DNA from: a virus
Taxonomy: Duplodnaviria > Heunggongvirae > Uroviricota > Caudoviricetes
Direction: 5' to 3' (one strand)
IMG/VR virus record: IMGVR_UViG_2617270984_000006
DNA length: 14,339 nucleotides
A program made the position numbers and the translations under genes. Below are positions 1 to 8,573 of the stretch, piece after piece (position 1 is the first letter of the stretch; the number at the start of each line of letters is the position of its first letter). The notes beneath the pieces are model-generated. The model was not told the origin of the DNA. It did no database searches and worked only from the letters and a program-made list of their open reading frames with translations.

Positions 1-546
1 ATGAATATTAGTGAACTTAAAAAGTGTATACACTATGAAGTAATAGGTTATAAACGCCCTTTCTCCTGGCGAAAAGCAATTGTTCGCGCAATAAAACACA
101 GAAGATTACGTTATTTATTTTGGTGGCGCATAGCCAAATACCTTTTTGATAAAGGCGGATACTGTCGGAAGATTGCGGGAAAAATAGAACGTTTCATTCT
201 TGATAAATACAATGTAACCGTTCCCTTAACTGTAAATATTGGTAAAGGGTTTGACATATCTTATCTCAATGGCGTTGTTATCGGTCACAAAGTTACAATA
301 GGTGAAAATTGTTCAATTAAGCCTGGAGTAACTATTGGACTTCGCGGTGAATTTAATGATATGGATATTGTCATAGGAAATAATGTAACCATTGGCTGTA
401 ACGCCACCATCCTTGGTGGCAAAGTGCATATAGGGAATGATGTAAAAATAGGAGCTCATGCATTGGTACTGCATGACATTCCTGATGACTCCACATTCAT
501 TACTAAATTTCACTCTGAAATTATTTATAACTCATCTCACACATAA
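1..546 (+). CDS. Hexapeptide-repeat (left-handed beta-helix) acetyltransferase, WcaB/CysE-like; probable cargo gene
   Basis: 181-aa ORF beginning exactly at window base 1, so the true 5' end could lie upstream. Tandem [LIV]-G-x4 hexapeptide units (GVVIGHKVTIGENCSIKPGVTIG; IGNNVTIGCNATILGGKVHIGNDVKIGAHALV) preceded by a basic/aromatic N-terminal region, as in WcaB/CysE-type O-acetyltransferases. Visibly AT-rich relative to the adjacent tfa/stf genes (not computed). Confidence 0.7.
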   Translation: MNISELKKCIHYEVIGYKRPFSWRKAIVRAIKHRRLRYLFWWRIAKYLFDKGGYCRKIAGKIERFILDKYNVTVPLTVNIGKGFDISYLNGVVIGHKVTIGENCSIKPGVTIGLRGEFNDMDIVIGNNVTIGCNATILGGKVHIGNDVKIGAHALVLHDIPDDSTFITKFHSEIIYNSSHT

Positions 547-556
547 TTCCGTTTAA

Positions 557-1129
557 TCACAGCTCTGGCCATACAATATCCGGAGCTGTATTTATATCAA
601 TCCGACTCACTAATACCCGGTATTTTTTCCAGGAAGATAGCATCGATACTTCCTCATCAGTTGCCATTTCAAAATTAACAGCATCCTGCAGAATTGTTAT
701 GTTATCAGTCGCTTCCTGGATTAATCTTGCCTTTTTCTCTTCCGCCTCCCGGATCCGGAACAGTTTTTCTCCTTCTGCATCTTTCACCCAGGCTGTGCCG
801 TTCCACTTCTGAAACTCCCCATCCGGCGACAACCAAGTGACGTTTTCTGGTAATGGGCCAAGTTCAGAAATAAATAACGCGTCGCCGGAAGCCACGTCAT
901 AGACGGTTTTTCCCCGATGGTCTTCAACGAGATGCCACAATGCCTCATCACTGTTGAAAACAGCCACGAAGCCAGCCGGAATATCTGGCGGTGCAATATC
1001 GGTACTCTTTGCAGGCAGCCCTGTATGGGGTGGAATATATGCATCACCTTCACCAATAAATTCATTAGTTCCGGACAGCAGATTATAAATTTTTATGGTC
1101 CGTGATTGTTCACTCATTCTGAATGCCAT
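557..1129 (-). CDS. tfa: Tail fibre assembly protein (lambda Tfa family)
   Basis: 190-aa ORF. The N-terminal ~130 aa ([92 protein letters not shown]) closely resemble lambdoid Tfa proteins as I recall them. Its ATG overlaps the stf stop (TAATG on the minus strand), the classic stf-tfa arrangement. Confidence 0.85.
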   Translation of the reverse strand: MAFRMSEQSRTIKIYNLLSGTNEFIGEGDAYIPPHTGLPAKSTDIAPPDIPAGFVAVFNSDEALWHLVEDHRGKTVYDVASGDALFISELGPLPENVTWLSPDGEFQKWNGTAWVKDAEGEKLFRIREAEEKKARLIQEATDNITILQDAVNFEMATDEEVSMLSSWKKYRVLVSRIDINTAPDIVWPEL

Positions 1130-2244
1130 TATGCAAGCCTCACAATATAGTTAAATGCGATGTTTTTGACGGTGTTTTCCGCGTTACCAGCAGCGTTAAC
1201 GGTGATGGTGTGTCCATGTGAACCAATCGCAACAAAGTGCGTATGTGCACCAATAGCGACAGTATGTGTATGCGCCCCAGCACTTGCTGCGGTACCTGAT
1301 ACTGAGTGGGTATGCGCGCCAGCAGAATTCGTTGCACCTAAGTGAGTTTGAGCAGAGTTCGACGAAGCTACTCTACCGGAGCTAACGTTAGCATTATCCC
1401 CCTGAGATATCGGATGCGTATGTGCACCTGCTGAAGCTGCTGTTCCGCTAACGCTATGGGTATGCGCACCAGTGTTATTCGTAGATTTAGTTCCATAATC
1501 AAACGATGATGTGTTTTTTGTCCCTAAATCTGTATTTGAAGCACTGGCGCTGTGGGTGTGCGATTTAATGCCGTCCTGTTCCTGAGACAATACGGCACGA
1601 CCACTGGCGGGCTTGCCCTTAATCGTCCAGCCACGCATATCAGGGATCACGCCTGACGGATAAGCGGCTGCAAGTTTCGGGTATGCAGACTTGTCAAAAG
1701 TCTGTCCCTGCATCAGAGCATAACCAGATGGAACTGTATCTGATGGCCACGGGATCGGGGCACCTACAGGAAAGGTCGAATTATTTTCCAAACCAAGATA
1801 TTTAAGGACATCAGCAACAGAGCTTTTTGCCAAAATATCTCGCCCAACCTGTGTCAGGTCAGCCAAATTAGCGGTATCTTGATTGGTAAAATACGGTAAT
1901 TTGTTTTCGGATGCTGAAAGATTAGCAAGTGCGGTAAGTATGGCATTAATTCTCTGATAGTTCTTATCTAATGCAGACGACATTTTTGCGATAAAGCCGG
2001 CCTGATCGCCATCGTCCTGTACATCCAGTCCACTTTCATTTGCTGTATATTGTGCCATTGCAGATGCAATAAAGCTGGCCTGTCGAATAACCTTATTGAC
2101 TTGCGCACTGGATGCTTTCCCTGCTGTAAATCCGGATAAAAGCGCAGGCAACGCTTCCCATTCCTCCTGCGACATAACATTGGCATTTTTACCCGTTGCG
2201 AATGCTTTAAAGTCATTTTTTGCCATCAGAGTAATACTCCCCAT
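1129..2244 (-). CDS. stf: Side tail fibre protein, distal receptor-binding portion only (lambda Stf-like); probably a 5'-truncated remnant
   Basis: 371-aa ORF. Segments ENKLPYF...[22 protein letters not shown]...[75 protein letters not shown] and the C-terminal [13 protein letters not shown] match the C-terminal region of lambda Stf from memory. Repeated G-A-H-T-H/H-G-H motifs. An in-frame stop lies 3 codons upstream of the ATG, and no shaft/anchor region is present upstream. Confidence 0.8.
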   Translation of the reverse strand: MGSITLMAKNDFKAFATGKNANVMSQEEWEALPALLSGFTAGKASSAQVNKVIRQASFIASAMAQYTANESGLDVQDDGDQAGFIAKMSSALDKNYQRINAILTALANLSASENKLPYFTNQDTANLADLTQVGRDILAKSSVADVLKYLGLENNSTFPVGAPIPWPSDTVPSGYALMQGQTFDKSAYPKLAAAYPSGVIPDMRGWTIKGKPASGRAVLSQEQDGIKSHTHSASASNTDLGTKNTSSFDYGTKSTNNTGAHTHSVSGTAASAGAHTHPISQGDNANVSSGRVASSNSAQTHLGATNSAGAHTHSVSGTAASAGAHTHTVAIGAHTHFVAIGSHGHTITVNAAGNAENTVKNIAFNYIVRLA

Positions 2245-2374
2245 GCCCCTACATCAAAACCACTGATGAATTCGTTATCCATATCAAAACCAAAAAATTT
2301 TGAACCTTCCGATGGGGTTTCCACCGAAGGTGTTTCAATGCCACCCGCCCATACCCCGGCGGCTTTTACTGTGA

Positions 2375-2983
2375 GATAAACGAGTAGTTCAGATTGATGC
2401 TCTCGACAGCGCATTACAGGGCGTCAAACGAGCCAGAGCGCTGCTTAAACCTGCTCTCCTGGACCTGTCCCGTAACATTCTTAAGTTCTGGGACGACCTG
2501 CCAACCATCGGCGAGCGACGTGCTTTTGCCGAGCAGCTACTTGATGCACCTGCAGATGGGCGTGATGAAGTTAAGCCGAAAAAGGCCAGTAACAAAGATG
2601 GAGAACGCACGGGGCCGTTTTACGTCAAAAATGTATCCGGCACAGCAGCCAGTGAACTCCACACCTTACGCAAGTTGAACGAGATGCTTAAAAAAGGCCA
2701 TATCGAGATCAACCGTGTTGAGTACCTTCAGCTGCAGGAAGAATTTGCACGCAGAGACGCAGCAAATTCCAGTCAGAATAATGACGCCAAAGATGACCAT
2801 ACAATTGATTTCGCGGCACTACGCAAACAAGCTGAAGGGTTGATCCTCCAGTTAGCAAAAGGGGGTTACCGGGCAGAAGCTATTGCAATTCTGGAAAAAC
2901 AGGGAGCCAGGAAACTTGGTGAAGTAACGGATGAAAATCTCGCTGAAGTAATCACCCTGGCTGAAAAAGCACTGGAGGGTTAA
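2375..2983 (+). CDS. Hypothetical protein; frame open from 2375 with no canonical start before TTG 2675 (possible 5'-truncated gene)
   Basis: Frame of the listed ORF 2675..2983 stays open back to a TGA at 2372-2374 and translates into protein-like sequence (..[60 protein letters not shown]..). Its stop lies 2 nt before the DUF2800 ATG, preceded by GGAGGG, indicating translational coupling. No ATG/GTG/TTG occurs in frame before 2675, and TTG 2675 has no obvious Shine-Dalgarno. A minimal call would be 2675..2983. Confidence 0.4.
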   Translation, partial: DKRVVQIDALDSALQGVKRARALLKPALLDLSRNILKFWDDLPTIGERRAFAEQLLDAPADGRDEVKPKKASNKDGERTGPFYVKNVSGTAASELHTLRKLNEMLKKGHIEINRVEYLQLQEEFARRDAANSSQNNDAKDDHTIDFAALRKQAEGLILQLAKGGYRAEAIAILEKQGARKLGEVTDENLAEVITLAEKALEG

Positions 2984-2985
2984 TC

Positions 2986-4287
2986 ATGCCAGACGTTCAC
3001 GCACAACTTTCTCCATCATCAGCGCATCGATGGATGCGCTGCCCAGGAAGTCTGGCGCTGGAGGCCACACAACCGGATAAAGAAACAACTTTTGCAATCG
3101 AGGGCACTGCAGCGCATGCACTTGCCGAAAAGGTGCTGCGCAACCGCCAGAGCCACCCGGAGCACTATGCAGGTTGCACCGTCGCGATGTTCCTCGGATC
3201 CTATCCTCTTGCTGAGCACCCGGATGATACTTCCGGCCCGCAGGTAGATGAGGAAATGGTCGAAGCCGTTGGTCGTTACGTCGACACTGTTTGGGCGCTG
3301 GCGCAGGGCAATGAGCTGCTGGTCGAGCAGCGTGTCGACTTCTCCCATATCGTGGGCGTAGACGAGTCATTCGGTACCGCCGACGGCGTAATCATCGCGG
3401 GCAACGAGCTGCAGATCCACGATCTGAAATACGGTAAGGGTGTGCGGGTCGACGCCGAGCAGAACGAGCAGCTGCAGCTGTATGCCCTTGGCGCACTCGA
3501 ACAGTTCAGCATGCTGTACGACTTCGAGACGGTGCGCCTGTTCATCCACCAGCCGCGGCTTAACCACGTTTCAGAGTGGGCTCTGACGGTGGAAGAGCTC
3601 CAGGCGTTCGGCGAACGGGCGCAGGAAGCGGCAGCCAGTGTAATCGTGATGTTCAACATCGCCGATTGCGAAGGCGTCGAAACCCTGCCGCTGGAAAACT
3701 TCACCCCCGGGGAAAAACAGTGCCGATTCTGCAAAGCCAAAGCAGTCTGCATTGCTCAGAAAATGCAGCACATGCAAACTGCTGCCAGCGATTTCGAAGA
3801 CCTGACCAAACCGGTTAGTGAAATCATCACTGATGCCAGCTCGCGCGTACCGCTTCTGACAATCGAGGAACTGGCGGAGATCTACAGCCAGGCCGACTTT
3901 ATTGAATCCTGGCTAAAGGCTGTGCGCGACCGGGTGAACAGTGAGCTGAACGCCGGGCATCCGGTACCGGGCTTTAAGTTGGTTACTGGTAAACAGGGTA
4001 ATCGCGCCTGGAGCGATGAAGAAGCCGCCCGCGCGCTGCTGAAAGACCAGTTCAGGTACAAAACTGAAGAAGTATTCGACTTTAAACTTATTAGTCCCAC
4101 AAAAGCCGAAAAACTTATCAAAAAGGCCAGTCCGCGCCGTTGGTCAAAAGTCGAGGCACTGATAACACGAGCTGATGGTAAACCCACCGTCGTTCCCGAG
4201 TCAGACCCACGCCCCGCACTCAATATCAACCCTGTAAATGATTTCGACGACGTATCCGACGATACGCTAACCGCAGACCTCATCTGA
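2986..4287 (+). CDS. DUF2800-family PD-(D/E)XK nuclease, Cas4/RecB-like, with putative Fe-S cysteine set
   Basis: 433-aa ORF with RBS GGAGGG. Nuclease-like motifs [15 protein letters not shown] and QLQLYAL (QxxxY). One N-terminal Cys (RWMRCPGS) plus C-x2-C-x5-C ([10 protein letters not shown]), the pattern of Cas4/AddB-type iron-sulfur nucleases. First gene of a DUF2800-DUF2815-PolA synteny typical of phage replication modules. Confidence 0.8.
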   Translation: MPDVHAQLSPSSAHRWMRCPGSLALEATQPDKETTFAIEGTAAHALAEKVLRNRQSHPEHYAGCTVAMFLGSYPLAEHPDDTSGPQVDEEMVEAVGRYVDTVWALAQGNELLVEQRVDFSHIVGVDESFGTADGVIIAGNELQIHDLKYGKGVRVDAEQNEQLQLYALGALEQFSMLYDFETVRLFIHQPRLNHVSEWALTVEELQAFGERAQEAAASVIVMFNIADCEGVETLPLENFTPGEKQCRFCKAKAVCIAQKMQHMQTAASDFEDLTKPVSEIITDASSRVPLLTIEELAEIYSQADFIESWLKAVRDRVNSELNAGHPVPGFKLVTGKQGNRAWSDEEAARALLKDQFRYKTEEVFDFKLISPTKAEKLIKKASPRRWSKVEALITRADGKPTVVPESDPRPALNINPVNDFDDVSDDTLTADLI

Positions 4288-4302
4288 TTTAAGGAAATAC
4301 CC

Positions 4303-4851
4303 ATGAAACTGAAGCTGAACAATGTTCGTCTGGCCTTCCCGTCTCTGTTTGAAGCTAAAACTGTAAACGGCGAAGGCGATCCGCGTTTCTCCGCAGTATT
4401 TTTAATGTCACCCAAACACCCACAACTGGAAGAAATCCGTAAAGCTATGAAGCAGGTAGCGAAGGAAAAATGGGGAGAAAAGTGGGAGCCCATTTATAGC
4501 CAGCTGGAGAAAAAACTCAATCTGTGCCTACATGATGGTGATGAAAAAGCAGAGTATGAAGGCTTTCCCGGTAATTTCTTCCTGAATGCTGCTAACAAAG
4601 CGCGCCCAGCTGTTCTTGATCGCGATCGTTCGCCACTAATTCAGGCTGATGGACGTCCCTATGCAGGGTGCTATGTAAACGCCGTTATCGATATCTGGGC
4701 ACAGGACAATAATTTCGGTAAACGCATTAATGCCTCACTCGGCGGAGTCCAGTTCCTGCGAGACGGCGATGCATTCGCTGGCGGCGGAGTGGCAAGCGCT
4801 GACGATTTTGACGATATCAGCGAAGGTGCTGATGCTGAAGCACTAATTTAA
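4303..4851 (+). CDS. DUF2815-family phage protein (putative ssDNA-binding/replication accessory)
   Basis: 182-aa ORF with RBS AAGGAAA 7 nt upstream. N-terminus MKLKLNNVRLAFPSLFE and acidic C-terminal tail (DDFDDISEGADAEALI) resemble DUF2815/phage SSB-like proteins; position between DUF2800 and PolA fits the conserved module. Confidence 0.75.
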   Translation: MKLKLNNVRLAFPSLFEAKTVNGEGDPRFSAVFLMSPKHPQLEEIRKAMKQVAKEKWGEKWEPIYSQLEKKLNLCLHDGDEKAEYEGFPGNFFLNAANKARPAVLDRDRSPLIQADGRPYAGCYVNAVIDIWAQDNNFGKRINASLGGVQFLRDGDAFAGGGVASADDFDDISEGADAEALI

Positions 4852-4861
4852 AAATATTCAT

Positions 4862-4882
4862 CCCCCAGCTACGTGCTGGGGG
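4862..4882. other. Perfect GC-rich stem-loop (8-bp stem, 5-nt loop) at the boundary of an AT-rich insertion
   Basis: cccccagc (4862-4869) / tacgt / gctggggg (4875-4882), exact reverse complements. No T-tract follows on the + strand; a weak T-rich stretch follows on the - strand. Lies between the DUF2815 stop and the first AT-rich gene. Confidence 0.5.
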
Positions 4883-4902
4883 ATCTCATGAGGGAAAGTA
4901 TA

Positions 4903-5544
4903 ATGTCACAGCCCGTATTAACTAATCACCTTAAAACTCAAATCATCAATAACGCACTTGAGAAAGCGGGTATCCCCAAACGTAAATCAGCACTACGAGC
5001 TGCTCGTGTTGAATGGGCCGAACGTGTTCGGCTTGCAGCTATCGGGGGCGTAGAGAAAGAAGCTGAAATATTAAAAAATATAAAAAAGATTGAATCCATG
5101 GTCACAAAAATCCCTGATTCATTAAAAACCAATAGTTCTTTAATTCGAAAAGATTGCTGCATATATCTCAATCTGGCTGGAGCCAGAGCAAACATTTATT
5201 TCAATGGCAACTACAGAGGTTATGAATCAGGAGCCCCCGAGCATATTAATAAAATAGCACCTGCAGAATTTACTCTACTTGGCGAAGATCCTCTGGTAAC
5301 GGAGTTTTATAGCTTTGATGCTCTCTACACACAAATTAAAAGTGATGAAACCGAAATCATACAGAACGTCAGCGCGGCTCTAAATAAAGTTCGGACAGTA
5401 AAACGATTACTGGATGTATGGCCCGAAGCTAAAGAACTGCTTCCAACAGACGCACCGCCAGTCCCTTTAGCACCAGCGGTACATCGAGAGACATTAAATG
5501 AAATGATAGGCCTTCCTACCAATACAGTGTCTGATACTCAATAA
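4903..5544 (+). CDS. Hypothetical protein (AT-rich accessory gene X); no family recognised
   Basis: Listed ORF starts at GTG 4873 inside the stem-loop; ATG 4903 (MSQPVLTNH..) has an AGGGAAAG Shine-Dalgarno-like element 7 nt upstream, and ATG 4888 is an alternative. About 213 aa from 4903. AT-rich compared with flanking replication genes (by eye). Confidence 0.55.
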   Translation: MSQPVLTNHLKTQIINNALEKAGIPKRKSALRAARVEWAERVRLAAIGGVEKEAEILKNIKKIESMVTKIPDSLKTNSSLIRKDCCIYLNLAGARANIYFNGNYRGYESGAPEHINKIAPAEFTLLGEDPLVTEFYSFDALYTQIKSDETEIIQNVSAALNKVRTVKRLLDVWPEAKELLPTDAPPVPLAPAVHRETLNEMIGLPTNTVSDTQ

Positions 5545-6227
5545 CAAGGGGGATGCTTATTATATGATTTTGAACGTTTTACAATCTCGTTAAGAGGCGT
5601 GAAATCAAAATCTCTGAATAACACATCAGGATACTTCGCTCTTGCTTTATCCAGCAGACCAGTTAAAGTATTTTTTGTGTTACCCAACATTGTATTAACC
5701 GCCACTACATGTCTAATTTCTGGAGGTTTATCTATACCACCAGAAATTGCTTCATTAAGAACCGACGCCAGTGGGGTTTGTCCCTTACTTGTTGAATCCC
5801 ACAGCGTCATTAACAGACGAACTGCGTCTATAAATAGCTTTTTGTCAGCATTTGGCTTGACAGTAATACCAGAACTACCTGAGCCAGAACCGGAACGTTC
5901 TATTGCTGCACTGGTATCCGATTTCATAGGATTAAATAACGGCAGCTCTGTACAACCGATACGCCGAATGAAATCCTTTGCAACATCTCTACCACAGAAA
6001 AAAGCCCCTGTACAATTTTCATCAGAGCGTTTTTTAAATGAAAAACAATAGTACTGATCGGTTAACGGATAACCGGAATAACTGGTTTTAGTTTGTCCAG
6101 TAATAAGTTTCAGGTGTGCAACAGGCTGAATAGTAAAATCCCGAACTATCGCATCTTTTATGTCGTTACCACGGTGACAATAATATTCAGGTAATCCATT
6201 AGGCTGTCTCTTATTACCCACAGTCAT
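5538..6227 (-). CDS. Hypothetical two-domain protein (AT-rich accessory gene Y); Cys-rich N-domain, Gly/Ser linker, helical C-domain
   Basis: 229-aa ORF with strong RBS (AAAGGAG 7 nt upstream of the ATG on the minus strand). Internal SGSGSGSSG linker; N-terminal region carries five Cys (YYCHRGN..YYCFSF..CTGAFFCGRD..RRIGC). 3' end overlaps the convergent gene X by 7 bp. Confidence 0.6.
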   Translation of the reverse strand: MTVGNKRQPNGLPEYYCHRGNDIKDAIVRDFTIQPVAHLKLITGQTKTSYSGYPLTDQYYCFSFKKRSDENCTGAFFCGRDVAKDFIRRIGCTELPLFNPMKSDTSAAIERSGSGSGSSGITVKPNADKKLFIDAVRLLMTLWDSTSKGQTPLASVLNEAISGGIDKPPEIRHVVAVNTMLGNTKNTLTGLLDKARAKYPDVLFRDFDFTPLNEIVKRSKSYNKHPPCY

Positions 6228-6288
6228 TAGTTGTCTCCTTTAATTCATGATATCTAGCATTTAACCATATACCATATGAGGATATTTT
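6228..6288. promoter_or_regulatory. AT-rich divergent intergenic region; probable promoters for gene Y (-) and the polA operon (+)
   Basis: 61-bp AT-rich spacer between divergent start codons, with RBSs on both sides (GAGGA for polA, AAAGGAG for gene Y). Candidate sigma70-like hexamers TTGTCT (6231-6236) and TAGCAT (6254-6259) with 17-bp spacing; weak match, not validated. Confidence 0.3.
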
Positions 6289-8352
6289 ATGTCCAATATA
6301 CTATGGGGCGACCTGGAAACCTATTGTGACATTCCGATCAACAACGGTACCCATGCGTATGCCGAAGGCGTTGAAGTGATGCTTTTCGCATGGGCTATCA
6401 ACGACGGGCCAGTAAACGTGTGGGATATCACTGCCGGTGGTGGTATTCCACACGGCTTATACGAAGCAATCGCAGACCCTGAAACCCTGCTTTATTTCCA
6501 TAACTCTCACTTCGACCGCACCGTTCTGCGTTATGCAATGCCGCGACTGGCACCGCCAGTCGAACGTTGGCGCGACACGATGGTGCAGGCGCTGGCGCAC
6601 GGTCTCCCGGGGTCTCTGGGGGAACTCTGCGAAGTACTAGGCGTCCCGCAAGACAAAGCGAAGGACAAAGAAGGTAAAGCGCTGATCCAGCTGTTCTGTA
6701 AGCCACGCCCGAAAAACAGCAAACTGCGTCGGGCCACCAGTAAAACCCACCCGGAAGAATGGCGGCGCTTTGTTGCTTACGCCGGACTGGATATCGAGGC
6801 AATGCGCGAAGTCTATAAACGTCTGCCGAAGTGGAATTATCAGGGGACAGAGCTGGCGCTCTGGCATCGTGATCAGCAGATCAACGACCGGGGCGTCTGC
6901 ATGGACATGCAACTCGCGCGCGCTGCGATCGAAGCGGTAGACCAGGAGCAAAAGCGCCTGGCAAAGCGTACACAGGAAATGACTGATGGCGAAGTGCAGG
7001 CAGCCACACAACGGGACGCGTTGATTAAGCACATCGTTGAATCCTACGGTGTGGAGCTACCAGACATGCAACGCAGTACCCTAGAACGTCGTATAGCCGA
7101 CCCCGATTTACCATCTGCCGTGAAAGAACTGCTGGCTATCCGCCTGCAAGCCAGTACTACCAGCACCAGTAAATACAAGGCACTAATGAAAGGCGTAAGC
7201 CACGACGGGCGCTTACGCGGTACGCTACAGTTCTGCGGGGCGTCGCGTACCGGGCGCTGGGCCGGACGGCTATTCCAGCCCCAGAACCTTCCCCGCCCTT
7301 CACTAAAACAGGAACAAATAGACGAAGGCATCGAAGCACTGAAAGCCGGATGTGCAGACCTGCTGTTTGACAATATCATGGAACTAACCAGTTCAGCGTT
7401 ACGTGGCTGCATTATCGCGCCAACAGGCAAAAAACTGGTGGTAAGTGACTTGTCGAACATTGAAGGCCGTATGCTGTCATGGCTGGCAGGAGAAGAATGG
7501 AAACTGAATGCATTCAGAGAGTACGACGCCGGAACGGGTCCGGACTTATATAAACTGGCGTATGCAAAAGCTTTTGATATTGCACCAGATGATGTTGATA
7601 AACGCATGCGTCAGATCGGTAAAGTCATGGAACTCGGTCTGGGTTATGGTGGTGGTGTGTCGGCCTTCATCACTTTTGCACTGGTTTACGGTCTCGATCT
7701 CGACGAGCTGGCAAACGCTGCACTGCCAAACATTCCCCGCGATGTTATCCGCGAGGCGAAAAGCTGGTACGGCGAATCGGTTAAACGTAAGTCAACCTAC
7801 GGCCTTTCTGAACGGGTATTTATCGCCTGCGACTCACTTAAACGTCTCTGGCGCCGGGCGCATCCCGCGACCTGTGATTTCTGGTACGAACTGGAGCGCA
7901 CCGTCCGCACTGCAATCGCCACACCGCAAAAAACATTGTATTGCGGTTATCTTAAAATCCGCCGCGATGGCGCGTGGCTACGCATACAGCTACCATCCGG
8001 ACGCGCTGTATGCTACCCGTCTCCGGTTATCGAACAAGGGAATATCACCTACATGGGTGTTAACTCTTATTCGCGTAAATGGCAACGACTCAAAACCTAC
8101 GGCGGAAAGCTGGTGGAGAACGTCACCCAGGCGGCCGCCCGCGACGTTCTGGCCGGAAACATGCCGCTTATCGAAGATGCCGGTTACAGCATTGTGCTGA
8201 CGGTACACGACGAGGTGATCACCGAAGCACCTGACACAGAAGATTTCAACGATAAAGCGCTTTCCGCGCTTCTCTCCACTAACCCCGAATGGGCGCCCGA
8301 TATCCCACTGAACGCTGGCGGTTTTGAGGCGTACCGCTACCGTAAGGATTAA
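6289..8352 (+). CDS. Family A DNA polymerase (phage type) with 3'-5' proofreading exonuclease domain
   Basis: 687-aa ORF. Exo motifs DLETY (Exo I), [10 protein letters not shown] (Exo II), YAGLDIEAM (Exo III). Polymerase motif [13 protein letters not shown], motif [17 protein letters not shown], motif C LTVHDEV. No 5'-3' exonuclease domain is evident. Confidence 0.9.
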   Translation: MSNILWGDLETYCDIPINNGTHAYAEGVEVMLFAWAINDGPVNVWDITAGGGIPHGLYEAIADPETLLYFHNSHFDRTVLRYAMPRLAPPVERWRDTMVQALAHGLPGSLGELCEVLGVPQDKAKDKEGKALIQLFCKPRPKNSKLRRATSKTHPEEWRRFVAYAGLDIEAMREVYKRLPKWNYQGTELALWHRDQQINDRGVCMDMQLARAAIEAVDQEQKRLAKRTQEMTDGEVQAATQRDALIKHIVESYGVELPDMQRSTLERRIADPDLPSAVKELLAIRLQASTTSTSKYKALMKGVSHDGRLRGTLQFCGASRTGRWAGRLFQPQNLPRPSLKQEQIDEGIEALKAGCADLLFDNIMELTSSALRGCIIAPTGKKLVVSDLSNIEGRMLSWLAGEEWKLNAFREYDAGTGPDLYKLAYAKAFDIAPDDVDKRMRQIGKVMELGLGYGGGVSAFITFALVYGLDLDELANAALPNIPRDVIREAKSWYGESVKRKSTYGLSERVFIACDSLKRLWRRAHPATCDFWYELERTVRTAIATPQKTLYCGYLKIRRDGAWLRIQLPSGRAVCYPSPVIEQGNITYMGVNSYSRKWQRLKTYGGKLVENVTQAAARDVLAGNMPLIEDAGYSIVLTVHDEVITEAPDTEDFNDKALSALLSTNPEWAPDIPLNAGGFEAYRYRKD

Positions 8353-8357
8353 CTCCT

Positions 8358-8573
8358 ATGTCATTTAAATACCGGGACAATCCACTTTATTACAGGGCTG
8401 CAAGGGAGGCTTTGCGACTTGAACAATCCGGCGAATATGACCGGGCAGCGAAGGTCTGGGCAAAAGCCAACCGCGAATCACATCACGAATTGAATCAGGA
8501 ATGGAGTGAACGCAGATCTGATTTTTGCCTGATGCAGAATATGCGTGAAAAGCGTAAGGTGGTCGAAGAATGA
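8358..8573 (+). CDS. Small basic protein, possibly PerC/ANR-like regulator
   Basis: 71-aa ORF with AAGGA RBS. The pattern YYRAAREALRLEQSGEYDRAAKVW...RRSDFC is reminiscent of small PerC/ANR-type prophage regulators; assignment from memory only. Stop overlaps the next start (ATGA). Confidence 0.45.
   Translation: MSFKYRDNPLYYRAAREALRLEQSGEYDRAAKVWAKANRESHHELNQEWSERRSDFCLMQNMREKRKVVEE

Noticed and set aside
1140-2216. Short ORFs on both strands inside stf (1140..1337 -, 1160..1345 +, 1968..2216 -) and DNA-level repeats of the GAHTHS segments
   Set aside because: They are nested in the tail fibre coding region. The repeated peptides are encoded with different codons, so they are not a CRISPR-like or mobile DNA repeat.
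2226-2414. 62-aa minus-strand ORF overlapping the stf start (..[22 protein letters not shown])
   Set aside because: Could be the C-terminal remnant of an upstream tail gene, but it is short, lacks an RBS and overlaps the protein-like + strand frame; left unannotated as uncertain.
2394-2678. 94-aa + strand ORF (frame starting TTG/ATG 2394) as the gene upstream of DUF2800
   Set aside because: Its translation is S/T/P/C-rich and not protein-like, whereas the overlapping frame (2375-2983) is protein-like and is the one coupled to the DUF2800 start.
3019-4493. Minus-strand ORFs overlapping the DUF2800 and DUF2815 genes (3019..3348, 3276..3752, 3882..4493 and others)
   Set aside because: Antisense to well-supported genes, with biased compositions typical of shadow ORFs.
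4862-4882. Stem-loop interpreted as an intrinsic terminator of the replication operon
   Set aside because: No U-rich tract follows the hairpin on the + strand, and the downstream genes clearly continue the operon; it is kept only as a structural observation.
5599-6051. 150-aa + strand ORF antisense to gene Y
   Set aside because: Shorter than the overlapping minus-strand ORF, which has a strong AAAGGAG RBS and domain-like organisation. A real overlapping gene cannot be excluded without expression data.
6428-8208. Multiple ORFs of 60-230 aa on both strands nested inside the polA gene (e.g. 6428..6802 -, 6637..7032 -, 7044..7607 -, 7508..8200 +)
   Set aside because: They lie entirely within a long ORF carrying unmistakable polymerase motifs, and their translations are low-complexity (R/S/P/A-rich) with no RBS; they are alternative-frame artefacts of GC-rich coding DNA.
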